Notes: a model not told the origin generated them from the letters alone. A stretch of 64,000 nucleotides of DNA from Gemmatimonadota bacterium (GCA_039589275.1 JBDHHP010000004.1:11377-75376); one strand, 5' to 3'. Shown: positions 39,672 through 49,631, numbered from the stretch's first letter. Translations and numbers: made by a program.

Positions 39672-39801
39672 GGGGTTGCATTCGCCAGAACAGCGGTAGA
39701 GGGGACCGTTGCGGGTTGACTCCCCTGGGCGGTGGGGTGCGGCTGTCTTGGAGTCGAACCGAGATGGTCCCCTCTACCGCAACACGCGAATGCAACCCCG
39801 G
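39672..39801. repeat. About 130-nt rod-like extended inverted repeat (structured RNA or MITE/REP-like element)
   Basis: Two collinear perfect 15-bp arm pairs: 39672-39686 CGGGGTTGCATTCGC with 39787-39801, and 39694-39708 GCGGTAGAGGGGACC with 39767-39781. Further pairing links 39709-39724 to 39751-66 (for example GACTCC/GGAGTC). Apical loop about 26 nt. Confidence 0.6.
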
Positions 39802-39871
39802 CAAACCGCGCCATAACGGGCCAAATACGTACATTCCAAGGCGAGGCAGTCCCGCCCAAAAGGAGGTCGTC

Positions 39872-42406
39872 ATGCCCACACTACGCCTTGTGATCGCAGC
39901 ACTGACACTGGCGCTCCTCACAAACCCTGCTACAGGGTTTGCCCAGGAACGCGGTGACAACGCACAGGCCGAACTTCCATCAATTGCGGAGCAGACCACT
40001 GGCATGGAGCGGATTGACGGTTTCTTTCCGCTTTACTGGGACGCCGATGCCGGCAAGCTCTGGATGGAGGTCGACAAACTCGGCACAGAGGTGATTCACG
40101 CCATGGGCATGGGGGCCGGGCTAGGGTCAAACGACATCGGAATCGACCGAGGGGCTCTTGCAGGATCCCGCGTCCTTAAGTTCGAAAGGGTGGGGCGCAA
40201 GATCTTGATGGTGCAGCCCAACTATCGGTTCCGGGCTCAGAGCGACAACCCTGCCGAAGTGCGCGCCGTCACAGACGGGTTTGCCCGGTCGGTCCTGTGG
40301 GGCTTCACGGCAGCCGCAGCGACAGGCGACGCGGTCCTCATCGACCTCACAGAGTTCGTTCTCCGAGACATCACGAATATCGCCCAACGACTGCGTCCCG
40401 GCACCTATCGCTTCGACGCTAGCCGCAGTTCGGTATATATGCCAATGACAAAGGGCTTTCCACTGAACACCGAGCTGGAGGTCGAGCTGACCTTCACACG
40501 ACAGCCTGGTGACGGCGGTCAACGGGGTGGCGGGGCGTTCGAGGGTGTCGGCAGTGTGGCTGCTACGGGTGAGGCGGCCAGCCTCCGAATGCACCACTCG
40601 TTCGTGGAGCTGCCCGACGACAACTACCAACCGCGAGCGTTTGATCCTCGCTCCGGATACGGCGCTGTCAGCTTCGAAGACCTCGCGACACCGCTCGGTG
40701 AGCCGATGACCAAGCGGTTCATCCGCAGGCATCGACTCGAGAAAGTCAATCCATCCGCTCGCTTGAGCGACCCCGTTGAGCCGATCGTTTACTACCTGGA
40801 TCCGGGTGCCCCCGAACCCATTCGATCAGCGCTGCTAGAGGGTGCACGTTGGTGGGACCAAGCTTTCGCGGCAGCGGGATACAGGAACGCTTTTAGGGTC
40901 GAGCTCAGGCCGGACAGCATCAGCCCCCTCGACGCACGGTACAACGTCATCAACTGGGCACACCGCTCTACGCGCGGCTGGAGCTACGGCGGGTCGGTCA
41001 CCGATCCGCGGACCGGTGAGATAGTTAAAGGCGTCGTCACGCTTGGATCCCGTCGCATCCGGCAAGACTACATGATCGCTGAGGGCTTGCTTTCACCCTA
41101 CGCCAACGGCGACGAGACACCTCCCGAGCTAGCCGAATGGGCGTTGGCCCGGATTCGCCAACTCTCGGCACACGAGGTCGGTCACACACTCGGCCTGGGC
41201 CACAACTACTACGACAGCGACCGGGGTCGAATCTCGGTCATGGACTATCCTCATCCGTTGGTCACGCTCAACCGTGACGGATCGCTCGACTACTCGGAGG
41301 TCTATGATGTGGGCATGGGTGAATGGGATTACGTCACCATTGCCTACGGCTACCAGGATTTCCCCAGCGGCACTGATGAGGCAAGAGCCCTCAGGGTCAT
41401 CCTGGACGAAGCTTGGGACGACGACGTCTACTACTTGTCCAATCAGGACGTCAATGTCCATCCTCGCGTAGACGCGTGGTCGAACGGCACAAACGCAGCA
41501 GCCGAGCTGAATCGGATGATGGAGGTGCGGCGAGCTGCAATGTCGCGCTTTGGCGAGAACGCCATCAAACGCGACATGCCACTGGCCACCATGGAGGAGG
41601 TGCTGGTGCCGCTCTACATGCACCACCGCTATCAGGTGGAAGCGGCCGCATCAGTTCTGGGTGGCAAGTACTACATCTACGCGATGCGCGGTGACGGGCG
41701 CGAGCCGATCCGCCCGGTGCCAGCCAACGAACAACAGGCTGCTCTCCAGTCGCTGTTGGCCACGCTGCAGCCAGCCGAATTGGTGTTGCCAGACCGCCTG
41801 TTGGAGAGACTGCCGCCACGTCCCCCGGGCTACGGTGGCTCCCGCGAGCTGTTCCCGCGCTACACAGGGAACGTGTTTGACGCAGTTACACCAGCGGTCG
41901 TAGCTGCTGATTTGAGCGTATCGAGCATTCTCGAACCGCGCCGCGCCGCCCGAATGGTTGAGCAACACGCACTCGACGAGTCGCTCCCCGGCTTGGGCAC
42001 CGTGGTCGACGAGCTGCTGGCAGCGACTTTTGGGGCCTCAGCGGACACACCGTACGAGGCCGAAGTACTCCGGGCGATTCAACGTGTGGTTGTAGAGCGA
42101 CTCATGGGTCTGGCGGCCGACGCGGTAATGCATCAAGTGCGCGCAATGGCCTCGCTACGACTCGAGCGCTTGCGAGACGATTTCCGAGGTTTCACTAGCT
42201 ACGCTACCGATTCAGAAGCCGCGCACTACGCCTTGCTGGCACGAGACATCAACCGATTCCTGGAACGGCCTGCCGTGGACTTCACGCAGCCGGCGGCGGT
42301 AACGGCACCGCCTGGCGCGCCGATTGGCCAGCCTGCCCTGGAGTGGATAAGGCGGTGGGATGCGGACTTTGGTTGGTGGTGGGACAGTTGGTACGAACAG
42401 CATTGA
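39872..42406 (+). CDS. Secreted zinc metalloprotease (Met-zincin, DUF5117/DUF4953-like)
   Basis: ATG at 39872 follows AAAGGAGG. Signal peptide MPTLRLVIAALTLALLTNPATGFAQE and zinc motif HEVGHTLGLGHNY. The track start at 39716 would read through the hairpin element. Confidence 0.85.
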   Translation: MPTLRLVIAALTLALLTNPATGFAQERGDNAQAELPSIAEQTTGMERIDGFFPLYWDADAGKLWMEVDKLGTEVIHAMGMGAGLGSNDIGIDRGALAGSRVLKFERVGRKILMVQPNYRFRAQSDNPAEVRAVTDGFARSVLWGFTAAAATGDAVLIDLTEFVLRDITNIAQRLRPGTYRFDASRSSVYMPMTKGFPLNTELEVELTFTRQPGDGGQRGGGAFEGVGSVAATGEAASLRMHHSFVELPDDNYQPRAFDPRSGYGAVSFEDLATPLGEPMTKRFIRRHRLEKVNPSARLSDPVEPIVYYLDPGAPEPIRSALLEGARWWDQAFAAAGYRNAFRVELRPDSISPLDARYNVINWAHRSTRGWSYGGSVTDPRTGEIVKGVVTLGSRRIRQDYMIAEGLLSPYANGDETPPELAEWALARIRQLSAHEVGHTLGLGHNYYDSDRGRISVMDYPHPLVTLNRDGSLDYSEVYDVGMGEWDYVTIAYGYQDFPSGTDEARALRVILDEAWDDDVYYLSNQDVNVHPRVDAWSNGTNAAAELNRMMEVRRAAMSRFGENAIKRDMPLATMEEVLVPLYMHHRYQVEAAASVLGGKYYIYAMRGDGREPIRPVPANEQQAALQSLLATLQPAELVLPDRLLERLPPRPPGYGGSRELFPRYTGNVFDAVTPAVVAADLSVSSILEPRRAARMVEQHALDESLPGLGTVVDELLAATFGASADTPYEAEVLRAIQRVVVERLMGLAADAVMHQVRAMASLRLERLRDDFRGFTSYATDSEAAHYALLARDINRFLERPAVDFTQPAAVTAPPGAPIGQPALEWIRRWDADFGWWWDSWYEQH

Positions 42407-42435
42407 GTTGACCTGGATCGTAGCTCAACAAATGA

Positions 42436-42478
42436 GGAAGGCGATGGGCTTAGCCACAACGCAGACCCGTCGCCTTCC
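42436..42478 (+). terminator. Hairpin downstream of the metalloprotease gene
   Basis: GGAAGGCGATGGG / CCCGTCGCCTTCC form a 13-bp stem (one G-U pair) with a 17-nt loop. The U-tract is weak. Confidence 0.35.
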
Positions 42479-42534
42479 CTTATCCGACCGGGAATCCGTC
42501 GCGCGAGCATGGACCATGGCCTCCGGCTGGTAGC

Positions 42535-43263
42535 ATGCCCAAGTCTGAAGAACTCCTCACCGCTGTCATCTGGGATTTCGACGGCACGCTAGTCGACACC
42601 CGAGCCAAGAACCTGGCGGTGACGCGGAGCATCATAGCTGCGTTGACCGGTCGACCACCCGATAGCTATCCCGTTCTCACTTCACTCGACAACTACGAGC
42701 ATGCGACCCGCGTCGCCACCAACTGGCGTCATATGTACGGCGAGGCCTTTGGGTTCGACGAAGCAGAAATCGACTGCGCAGGCTCGATGTGGGCAGAATA
42801 CCAGGTCAAGGACGACACGGCCGCACAACCCTTCAGTGGCATCAGCGAGGTTCTTGCCGCGATTCAGCAAGTTCCCCATGGAATTGTCTCACAAAACGCA
42901 CATCAAAGCATCACGAAGATCCTGACGCAGGCCGGTCTACTGCATCACTTCCAGTGCATCATCGGGTACGAGGAGGTCCCTCTCTCACGACAGAAGCCCG
43001 AACCGGACGGACTACTGATGTGCCTGGAGAGCCTGACCAGCTTCGCTCCCGGCGTCGCTCTCTACATAGGCGACCACGAAGTCGACGCTCGATGTGCTTC
43101 CAGAGCGAACCATGCGCTAGACGCGGACCAGCACCAGGTCTCCGTGGCCATGGTGGCCGCGGCATACGCCGGAAACGGACGTGCAGGCCCTTGGACTGTT
43201 GTGCCCGACTACACGGCCAGTAGACCGAGTGACATCATCTACCTGGCAGCAGATCTCCTCTAG
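42535..43263 (+). CDS. HAD-superfamily hydrolase (phosphoglycolate phosphatase-like)
   Basis: 242 aa with motif I IWDFDGTLVDT and motif IV GDHEVD. Confidence 0.85.
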   Translation: MPKSEELLTAVIWDFDGTLVDTRAKNLAVTRSIIAALTGRPPDSYPVLTSLDNYEHATRVATNWRHMYGEAFGFDEAEIDCAGSMWAEYQVKDDTAAQPFSGISEVLAAIQQVPHGIVSQNAHQSITKILTQAGLLHHFQCIIGYEEVPLSRQKPEPDGLLMCLESLTSFAPGVALYIGDHEVDARCASRANHALDADQHQVSVAMVAAAYAGNGRAGPWTVVPDYTASRPSDIIYLAADLL

Positions 43264-43384
43264 CCAGCCGTCCGCCCGCCCAACGGCAAAGCCCGTGATC
43301 GTCCGCCAGCGTCAAGATACCCCCGACCGTTGAGCCCGACGGCCGAGGCATTAGCTTACAGCCTTCTTCAAACGAAGCGGACCC

Positions 43385-43735
43385 TTGACAATGGCAGCGA
43401 AGGGGAGGACAAACGGCGAGATCGTAGCAAGTAAGCTGGTCGACCTCGTCGGCTATCAGGAAGATGCGATCGTCAGCAAGGTGCTCACCAAGTCCAAGGC
43501 GGGCAACGTGACTCTGTTCGCGTTTGCAGCCGGGCAGGAGCTGAGCGAGCACACGGCGCCGTTTGAGGCCTTGATCCAGATTCTGGACGGCGCGGCACAC
43601 ATCGGAGTTGCAGACGACAAGTACGAAGTGGATGTCGGAACCCTGGTGCGGTTGCCTGCCAACGTTCCCCATTGGGTTAGAGCAGATGGACCGTTCAAGA
43701 TGCTGCTGATAATGCTGCGACATCCTCAGGAGTAG
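43385..43735 (+). CDS. Cupin-domain protein
   Basis: 116 aa (ATG at 43391 is also possible). Cupin motifs G..LSEHTAPFEALIQILDG and VRLPANVPHWV. Confidence 0.75.
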   Translation: MTMAAKGRTNGEIVASKLVDLVGYQEDAIVSKVLTKSKAGNVTLFAFAAGQELSEHTAPFEALIQILDGAAHIGVADDKYEVDVGTLVRLPANVPHWVRADGPFKMLLIMLRHPQE

Positions 43736-43747
43736 CAGGAGGCGCTC

Positions 43748-44452
43748 ATGCCACAGAAGCCCTTTGATGAGTATGCCGAACAGTACGACGCGTGGTTCCT
43801 CGAGAACCGTGCGGTGCTCGAGTCGGAGGTGCTGCTACTCAAGTACTTCCTAGCCGATCCCGGAGACGCGCTGAGCGTGGGATGCGGGAGTGGTCTGTTT
43901 GAGCACATTCTCCGAACCCAGCACGGGATCGATATCCGCAACGGCGTCGAACCGGCGAGCGGGATGGCTGAAATCGCCGAGAAACGGGGTATGACGGTCA
44001 CGAGCGGCAGTGCAGAGCAACTACCTTGCGGAGACGCCGAGTTCGACACGGTCCTGCTGAATGGGACTCCGGGATATGTCGAGAATCTGAAACAGGCGTT
44101 CGCCGAAGCCCACCGAGTGGCCAAACCAGGTGGGATCATTGTTGTAGCCGACGTTCCAGCGGAGAGCTCCTATGGACTGCTCTACCAATTGGCGTCGACC
44201 AAGGGGAGTTGGGACGATCCCTACCTGCGAAGCCTAGCTCCGCAGCACCCTTACCCGGTCGAGTTTGCCGCGGCTGCCAAGTGGCGTACAACCGACGAGA
44301 AGGCCCGGCTGCTTGAAGAAGTTGGCTTCATCGGGCTCGAATACGCGCAGACGTTGACCCTACATCCCAAGTACTCCAACGACCACGTCGAGCACCCTGT
44401 ACCGGGATACGAAAAGGGTGACTACGTCGCGATCCGTGGCCGTAAGCAATAG
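43748..44452 (+). CDS. Class I SAM-dependent methyltransferase
   Basis: 234 aa with motif I ALSVGCGSGLF and the post-I acidic residue. Confidence 0.85.
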   Translation: MPQKPFDEYAEQYDAWFLENRAVLESEVLLLKYFLADPGDALSVGCGSGLFEHILRTQHGIDIRNGVEPASGMAEIAEKRGMTVTSGSAEQLPCGDAEFDTVLLNGTPGYVENLKQAFAEAHRVAKPGGIIVVADVPAESSYGLLYQLASTKGSWDDPYLRSLAPQHPYPVEFAAAAKWRTTDEKARLLEEVGFIGLEYAQTLTLHPKYSNDHVEHPVPGYEKGDYVAIRGRKQ

Positions 44453-44479
44453 GGCGACCCATCCGACTGAAGGCCAGGG

Positions 44480-44878
44480 TCAGGGCACGTAGGCGATAGC
44501 GTCGATCTCCACCAGCAGCCCATGCATCGGTAAGGCCGCCACCTGCACCGTGGTGCGCGCTGCCTTGTTTCCCGCCATCATGCGATCATAGACGGCGTTC
44601 ATCTCGGGGAAATCCCTCATATCAGCCAAGAACACGCCACAGCGCAGCACGTGCTGCAAGCTGGAGCCCGACGCATCCAGTATGGCCGCGAGGTTCTTGA
44701 AGACCTGTTCGGTCTGGGTCGCCACATCGCGGCCAGCCAGCTCACCGGTCTCGGGCACCGTAGCTCCCTGACCGGACACAAAGACTAGCCGGTCAAAAAC
44801 CACGGCCGGCGAGTAGGGCCCGATTGGCTCTGGAAGCTGGTCGCTCGCGACCGACTTGTGAACACTCGATCTGGACAA
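44480..44878 (-). CDS. RidA/YjgF-family reactive-intermediate deaminase
   Basis: 132 aa, TTG start. Sequence IGPYSPAVVFDRLVFVSGQG...ARTTVQVAALPMHGLLVEIDAIA. Confidence 0.9.
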   Translation of the reverse strand: MSRSSVHKSVASDQLPEPIGPYSPAVVFDRLVFVSGQGATVPETGELAGRDVATQTEQVFKNLAAILDASGSSLQHVLRCGVFLADMRDFPEMNAVYDRMMAGNKAARTTVQVAALPMHGLLVEIDAIAYVP

Positions 44879-45020
44879 GGTTCAAACCTCGCATCGTGGA
44901 ATCCGCTCAGAATGAAGCAGGAGCGGCGCAGCAAGCACCGCTCCCAGATATCCTAACTGCGCTATCGCCTTACCGCCCTACCGCGCTACCGCCCGGCGGG
45001 GTGGGTGGGGTAGGGAAGAG

Positions 45021-45092
45021 AGGCGCCGGGCGGATTCGAACCGCCGAATAGAGGTTTTGCAGACCTCCGCCTTACCACTTGGCTACGGCGCC
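45021..45092 (-). tRNA. tRNA-Cys (anticodon GCA)
   Basis: Folded by hand. Acceptor GGCGCCG/CGGCGCC, D arm GCC-AAGTGGTAA-GGC, anticodon arm GAGGT-CTGCAAA-ACCTC, 5-nt variable loop, T arm GGCGG-TTCGAAT-CCGCC, discriminator T. 72 nt; CCA is not encoded. Confidence 0.9.
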
Positions 45093-45141
45093 AGACAGAC
45101 GCAAGTTCGCCCTGGACAGACCTTTTCTCAACCCAGCGGGA

Positions 45142-47808
45142 TTAACTGTCCAACACCTCTCGAACCTTCTCCAGGAGCTCCTTGACGGACCACGGCTTAT
45201 GCAGGAAGGGCAAGTTGGGGTCAATGGCCCCAGAAGTTCGGAAGTCGTTGGCAGCGTAACCACTGGTAAAGAGGACTTTAGGGGGATCTCCTCCAGCGCT
45301 CAGCTTCTTGTACAGGCCGGCCCCACCCAGCTTCGGCATGACCACATCAGAGATGATTAAGTCTATTCTCGTTTCAAGCGCATTGTATTTCGCTATTGCG
45401 TCGTCGCCATCCACGGCGACCACCACGTTGTATCCATGTTTCTCCAGAACGCGACGAGCCACACGTCGGATCGGCGCCTCGTCCTCAACCACCAGAATGC
45501 TCTCCGACCCTCCGTGAACTTCACGGGATTGCTCTTCCCTTACCGGAGCAGCGATTTCACCCTCACTGAGCGGGAAGTAAAGGTCGACCCTCGTCCCGTG
45601 GCCCGGCTTGCTCTCAGCGTCAACGAAGCCACTGTGCTGCTTCATGAGACCATAGACCATGGACATCCCGAGGCCAGTGCCCGTGCCTTGTGGCTTGGTG
45701 GTGAAGAAAGGCTCGAAGATCCTCTCTAGGGTTTGTGCGTCCATGCCCATTCCTGTGTCCACAACGCTGATACGGAGGTAGTCATCGAGCTTGATCCACG
45801 GCCGTGTTTCGCGGAGCGTCTCGTCCACGTGCCGACGACTGATGGTAATGGCAACGGTCCCGCCGTCGGGCATGGCGTCCCGCGCATTAGTGACGAGGTT
45901 GATGAGTATTTGCTCAATCGCGCTTGGGTCGGCCTCAACGAGGTCGCTGTCTGCTACCGACAGGACCACGTCTATGTCGGCCGGGACCACACGCCGCAAC
46001 ATGCCCAACAAGTCGGTCACAAGCTGGCCCACGTCTACCGGCTGCATAATGAGCTTGCTTCGTCGACTGAAGCCAAGGAGCTTCCTGATTAAGGTCCTGC
46101 CGCGTTGGGTGGCCTCCTTGGTCTGTTGCAGGTCGTCCAACAAGTCCTCGTCGTCTGAAGGAAGCGACTCAGTGATCAGGTCAAGGTTGGCCGAGACGAC
46201 TGTCAGGACGTTGTTGAGGTCATGCGCGATGCCACCCGTCAGTTCGCCCACCGCTTCCATTTTTTGAGCCTGCCGCAGCTGGGTCTCAAGGGTGTGCCGT
46301 TCCGTGACGTCTTCGACGATCATCTCGAAGCCGTCTGGTTGTCCATCTTCTCTTTGCACCAGACGGCCGCTGAGCCGAACGAGAATGCGCGTGTCGTCGC
46401 GGCGTTTCCACTCGACCTCGAGTCCATCAATTCGATCGCGGCGAATGTACTGCGCCACCAGCCTTTCCCGTTCGGAGGGATCCGCGTACAGGTCTCGCTC
46501 CATGTTGATGTTGAGCAGTTCCTCGTCCGAATCGTAACGAAGCATCTTTACGAGCGCGGGATTCACCGATACAAACCGTCCGTCTAAGGTTGAACGGTAG
46601 ATCCCATATACCGCGTGGTTGACGAGTGTGCGGTATTTGGCTTCAGATCGGCGCAGTTCGTTCTCTGCACGTTTGCTCTCGGTGATGTCACGGGCGATTC
46701 CAAAAACACCGACCACGCTATCTCCCTCGTCCCGATATACGCCCTTCGTCGATAGGAAGGTCCGCACTCCATGACCCAGCTCGAACGCCTCCTCGAAGAC
46801 CTGAGCGTCTCCGCTCTGAATGACTTCCCTGTCTGATTGACGTATGATCGCCGCCACCGGGTCCGGGAGAAGGTCGTCATCTGTCTTACCGACCACATCG
46901 GCTGCCGTTTTACCGAGGAGCTGCGCTGCGGCTGTGTTGAGCAGGAGGTACCGCCCCTTCAGATCCTTGACATAGATGGCGTCCGGCGTACCACCAATGA
47001 CCGCGTGGAGCAGGCTGTTGCTCTCGCGGACTGCATCTTCTGCGCGCCTGCGCTCGGTTACGTCCTCGAACATCACGATTCCGTAAAGCGGCCTGTCGTC
47101 CCGACCGCGCACCACGGATGCCGTCAACGAAGCCCACACGACGGAACCGTTCTTGCGCTGGAACCGACCGTCGGCCCGGTGGTACGGGAGGTCACCACCG
47201 AAAACTCTCTCGATCCGCTCGATATCTACCAGGTCCTGTTGGTGCGTGAGATCTCTGATCGGTGTTCCGATGAGCTCGTCCGCGGTGCGTCCCAGCATCT
47301 GACACAAAGCAGTGTTGACCCTCACCAAGTTCGATCCCTTCCCTACCAAGGCCATGCCAACAGGCCCTTCCTCAAACACCCTCCGAAACCGTTCCTCACT
47401 CTCTCTCAGAGCCTGTCCTACATATTTCCTTTCCAGAGCATAGCGAATGGCCCTAGCAATCCCATGGTGATCCGTCTGACTTTTGTCCAAAAAGTCCTCA
47501 GCACCACTGTGCATCACCCTCAATGCGAACTGCTCGTCGTTCAACTCGGTGACCACTATGATCGGTGAGTCGGAGGCTTGAGATTTGAGCGCAGATACCA
47601 CTTCGAAGGGGTCGGAGTCCGGTAGTTCGGGGTCCAGCAGCAGTGCATCGACAGTAGATCCGTGCAGGTACCGTAGCGCCGTACGCAGATCCTCGGCGTG
47701 ACTGACCAGATACTCATATCGTTCACCACCCAGCGCCTGCTGCACCGATTCAGCGTATGCCCTGTCCTCGTCCACGAGTAACACGGTGGTCTTCGCGCCA
47801 CTTGACAT
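45142..47808 (-). CDS. Hybrid sensor kinase: REC - multiple PAS - HisKA/HATPase - REC
   Basis: The internal ATG at 47808 (MSSGAKTTVLLVDED) is the likely start; the track start is 47928. N-terminal receiver (LLLDPELP), about three PAS modules, H-box IAHDLNNVLT, N/G boxes and a C-terminal receiver (LIISDVVMP). Confidence 0.9.
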   Translation of the reverse strand: MSSGAKTTVLLVDEDRAYAESVQQALGGERYEYLVSHAEDLRTALRYLHGSTVDALLLDPELPDSDPFEVVSALKSQASDSPIIVVTELNDEQFALRVMHSGAEDFLDKSQTDHHGIARAIRYALERKYVGQALRESEERFRRVFEEGPVGMALVGKGSNLVRVNTALCQMLGRTADELIGTPIRDLTHQQDLVDIERIERVFGGDLPYHRADGRFQRKNGSVVWASLTASVVRGRDDRPLYGIVMFEDVTERRRAEDAVRESNSLLHAVIGGTPDAIYVKDLKGRYLLLNTAAAQLLGKTAADVVGKTDDDLLPDPVAAIIRQSDREVIQSGDAQVFEEAFELGHGVRTFLSTKGVYRDEGDSVVGVFGIARDITESKRAENELRRSEAKYRTLVNHAVYGIYRSTLDGRFVSVNPALVKMLRYDSDEELLNINMERDLYADPSERERLVAQYIRRDRIDGLEVEWKRRDDTRILVRLSGRLVQREDGQPDGFEMIVEDVTERHTLETQLRQAQKMEAVGELTGGIAHDLNNVLTVVSANLDLITESLPSDDEDLLDDLQQTKEATQRGRTLIRKLLGFSRRSKLIMQPVDVGQLVTDLLGMLRRVVPADIDVVLSVADSDLVEADPSAIEQILINLVTNARDAMPDGGTVAITISRRHVDETLRETRPWIKLDDYLRISVVDTGMGMDAQTLERIFEPFFTTKPQGTGTGLGMSMVYGLMKQHSGFVDAESKPGHGTRVDLYFPLSEGEIAAPVREEQSREVHGGSESILVVEDEAPIRRVARRVLEKHGYNVVVAVDGDDAIAKYNALETRIDLIISDVVMPKLGGAGLYKKLSAGGDPPKVLFTSGYAANDFRTSGAIDPNLPFLHKPWSVKELLEKVREVLDS

Positions 47809-47970
47809 GTTTAGCAATTTTGGGGCAACACGTGACACGGTCAACAGTCCTGAGCCGAGTGCCACGCCGAAGCCGTGGTGGGACCTAGCCCTTATCGCAA
47901 CCCGGTGGCCGCGGAAGCGGCCTGGCACGGCGGTCAGCTAAAGTCGGCGTACAGGAGGTCCAAAGTCACT

Positions 47971-49542
47971 CTAGAAGGCAAACCCCTGCCCGAAGCTCAT
48001 GGCCCACCTTCCTCCATCAAATCCCTCACCGAACCGATACCCTAGATCCACCCTGCCAACGTTCTGGCCACTCGACCTCGTGGATCCAATGCGCAGGCCA
48101 AACCCGACGTCACCTCCCAACCGCCTTGGCTGATCATCATACCAAGCGCCGCCGTAATCCACGAACGCCGCAAGCCCGACCCCGAAAAGCCCGGCTATCT
48201 CGTCCACCAAGAAGGCACGATGCTCTGCGGCCAGCCACAGCATCCTGTCGCCGGTGAATGCGTGGGGTCCAAAGACCCGCGGGCCTGACCCGTGTCCAAG
48301 GTCGTACTCAGCTCCCGGGGGAGCTCGTTTGCGCGCCGCAGCCTCAACATGAACCACCGTCGCGCTTCTGGGGATAAACCGTGACGCCACGGTGGCACCT
48401 ACCCACACTTGACCTGAGTCGAGGCCAGCCGAGTTGAAGAGACCGTTGGCGCTGGCGTTCAGTTTCATGAAGTTGGGTCCCAGCGAGACTCCTGTCTGGA
48501 AACCAAGACCCAATCCAACCCCGGTCTCGGGATATCCCCAGAATCCGGGAGCGACCCATGCTGAGACACTGATGCGGTCACTCAAATCCAGATCTTGATC
48601 GCGTGCGAAACCGTTGTAGTGCGTGATGACCTTGAAACGAAGGCGGGACAGCTCACCGAACACGCCTACCGCCCCCGTAACGGTGTCAGGGATAGCAAGC
48701 GGGGTGTCTGTCCGGAGAATGAACTCTTCTCTTCTCACCAGCCCAATCGCACCAACACGGAGGTAGGTCCTAGTCCCGGCGACTGGGGCAAACGCGATAT
48801 GCGCTGACTGAATGAAAGATCTGCGCTGATACGTCTCGGCAACGGCGCCGTCACGGTATTGCAGGACTCTCTCATCCCCAGCGTATCCTGGCAGTCCAAA
48901 CGCGCTGCGGTCGAGCGACGCCCGAAATGGCACGCCGAGGTTCCATCCGCCGCGAGTCCCGTCGCTCAGATCATCGTAGAGCCCCTGCAGGGTCATCCGA
49001 GTCCCGAATACCCGATCTGTTGCACCAAGAAAGGTGAATGCGGTCCGATCCGGCTCGTCTCGATACACAACCCCGGCCCGGCTAGCGGTCCCGAGGAAGT
49101 TCTGCTCAATCACGCCCCCGCTCCAAGAGAACGTGCCGGCGGTGAACCTCATCGAGATCTGAAGCTGTGTACTCCAGCCGTCGGCTGTTGTAACCACTAC
49201 GGCCAGCCTGCCCGCCACACGCACGGTATCGATCGCAACGTCTCTGAAAATCCCGAGCGCACGGAGGTTTCGTTGCGTTTCGGCAACCAACGACGAATCG
49301 TATGGCTCACCAGCACGGAACAACAGCTCCCGTCTCACCACAAATGGCCGGGTCTTGACCCGCAGCGCATTGGCCAAGCGGAACGCGAAGTTGGCCCGCG
49401 ACTCCTCTTGTCCGAACACGTTGCGAGTGACAACAACGATCGTGTCGACTACAGGTGCTTGAGGCACCGAGCCGCTCTGCGCCTGCGCCGTGGGGAGCAG
49501 GGCCATCGTCCCGATCAATCCGAATAGGGCAGCACGTATCAT
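47971..49542 (-). CDS. Omp85/BamA-TamA-family outer membrane protein (single POTRA plus 16-strand barrel)
   Basis: 523 aa. Signal peptide MIRAALFGLIGTMALLPTAQAQ, a POTRA-like segment, a Gly/aromatic-rich barrel and a terminal ..GQGFAF. Confidence 0.8.
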   Translation of the reverse strand: MIRAALFGLIGTMALLPTAQAQSGSVPQAPVVDTIVVVTRNVFGQEESRANFAFRLANALRVKTRPFVVRRELLFRAGEPYDSSLVAETQRNLRALGIFRDVAIDTVRVAGRLAVVVTTADGWSTQLQISMRFTAGTFSWSGGVIEQNFLGTASRAGVVYRDEPDRTAFTFLGATDRVFGTRMTLQGLYDDLSDGTRGGWNLGVPFRASLDRSAFGLPGYAGDERVLQYRDGAVAETYQRRSFIQSAHIAFAPVAGTRTYLRVGAIGLVRREEFILRTDTPLAIPDTVTGAVGVFGELSRLRFKVITHYNGFARDQDLDLSDRISVSAWVAPGFWGYPETGVGLGLGFQTGVSLGPNFMKLNASANGLFNSAGLDSGQVWVGATVASRFIPRSATVVHVEAAARKRAPPGAEYDLGHGSGPRVFGPHAFTGDRMLWLAAEHRAFLVDEIAGLFGVGLAAFVDYGGAWYDDQPRRLGGDVGFGLRIGSTRSSGQNVGRVDLGYRFGEGFDGGRWAMSFGQGFAF

Positions 49543-49571
49543 GGTTAGACGGGATCAAAGCTAAACCGAAC

Positions 49572-49603
49572 GCCCCGACACCGCAGGCACGCAGTATCGG
49601 GGC
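49572..49603 (-). terminator. Hairpin terminator downstream of glnA
   Basis: GCCCCGA / TCGGGGC form a 7-bp stem. On the minus strand it is followed by GUUCGGUUUAGCUUUG. Confidence 0.4.
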
Positions 49604-49631
49604 ACGGGGACTCTGTGCTCCGTTGAGCCCG

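Noticed and set aside
39439-40005. 188-aa minus-strand ORF and the 39716 plus-strand start, both spanning the intergenic hairpin
   Set aside because: Both read through the 130-nt inverted repeat. The protease has a strong RBS and a signal peptide at ATG 39872, so the region is non-coding.
45021-45092. tRNA-Cys as an integration hotspot for a genomic island
   Set aside because: There is no integrase, no duplicated tRNA 3' fragment and no compositional break on either side. The neighbours are RidA and a sensor kinase.
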